Below are positions 43,417 through 43,576 of a stretch of 43,576 nucleotides of DNA, one piece after another. The notes beneath the pieces are model-generated. The model was given only the letters and a program-made list of their open reading frames with translations, ran no database searches and was not told where the DNA came from. Numbering within the stretch: position 1 is the first letter of the stretch; each line of letters starts with the position of its first letter. The stretch lies in contig WRME01000001.1 of the NCBI GenBank assembly GCA_009777275.1, forward strand, positions 1 through 43,576, written 5' to 3'. The translations under genes were made by a program, and so were the position numbers. Source of the DNA: Oscillospiraceae bacterium. GTDB lineage: Bacteria; Bacillota; Clostridia; Oscillospirales; Ruminococcaceae.

Positions 43417-43576
43417 CCACCCCGCCGCTGCGGCGGCACCCCTCCCCCGAGGGGGATGGGGGGTTGCATACTATAATTTCCAATTCCCCTCTGGGGGGGG
43501 GGGGGGAACACTCGCAACAAAATTGCGGTAGTGTTTGACGGGGGGGGCTGGCTCGAAACACCCCCTCAGTCCGCGG
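43414..43576. repeat. Mosaic repeat locus at the window end, same composite as 27078-27212
   Basis: H4 at 43416-43442, starting at the last base of the dgt stop codon; CCCCTC-cccc-GAGGGG; catactataatttccaattcccctct; G14 (43493-43506); H7 43508-43545; H9-like gaaacaccccctcagtccgcgg to the end. Confidence 0.8.

Overview
This 43.6-kb chromosomal window looks like it comes from a spore-forming, flagellated, dockerin/cellulosome-type Clostridia (Oscillospiraceae/Ruminococcaceae-like). That taxon is inferred from gene content only. All product calls rest on motifs I recognise by eye in the supplied translations; no BLAST or HMM search was run.

I call 41 CDSs:
- a 2,949-aa dockerin-bearing giant surface protein;
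- an orphan activase operon (BcrAD/BadFG-type ATPase, two DUF2229-like partners and a 61-aa ORF);
- two hicAB pairs;
- spoVT;
- apbE, a NusG-II protein, a Gx transporter and a GNAT;
- yabP-yabQ-divIC-yabR;
- a UvrD-like helicase;
- fliD-fliS-(fliT-like)-cheV;
- radC;
- an ABC-transporter-dependent glycan locus (epimerase-wzm-hyp-GT4-wzt ... manC);
- DUF1015;
- an msmX-like ATPase;
- a 48-aa N/K-rich ORF;
- an AAA+/PD-(D/E)xK (DUF4143-type) protein;
- a tarI/ispD-like cytidylyltransferase;
- ymdB;
- an AT-rich HDxxED hydrolase;
- an LMW phosphatase;
- a polyprenyl-P sugar transferase;
- an rpn-family nuclease;
- a dgt-like dNTPase.

I recognised no rRNA, tRNA, CRISPR array, integrase or transposase.

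The headline finding is something the gene list does not explain: a very dense, modular family of short intergenic repeats.
- About 15 hairpin or tandem modules recur in shuffled order and both orientations at 13 loci, roughly 2.4 kb or 5-6% of the window.
- Three different hairpins share the frame GTAG-stem-loop-stem-GTGG, which is the REP-element signature.
- Stems show compensatory base-pair changes between copies.
- One locus is a 224-bp unit with perfect 25-bp terminal inverted repeats.
- One inverted module pair brackets an AT-rich single-gene cassette.
- Modules supply the last codons or stop codons of at least six CDSs.
- Both window ends sit inside inverted copies of the same composite.

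I interpret this as a REP/BIME-like (possibly RAYT-mobilised) mosaic repeat system in a Firmicute. No mobilising enzyme lies in the window, so this stays a hypothesis until genome-wide searches are run.
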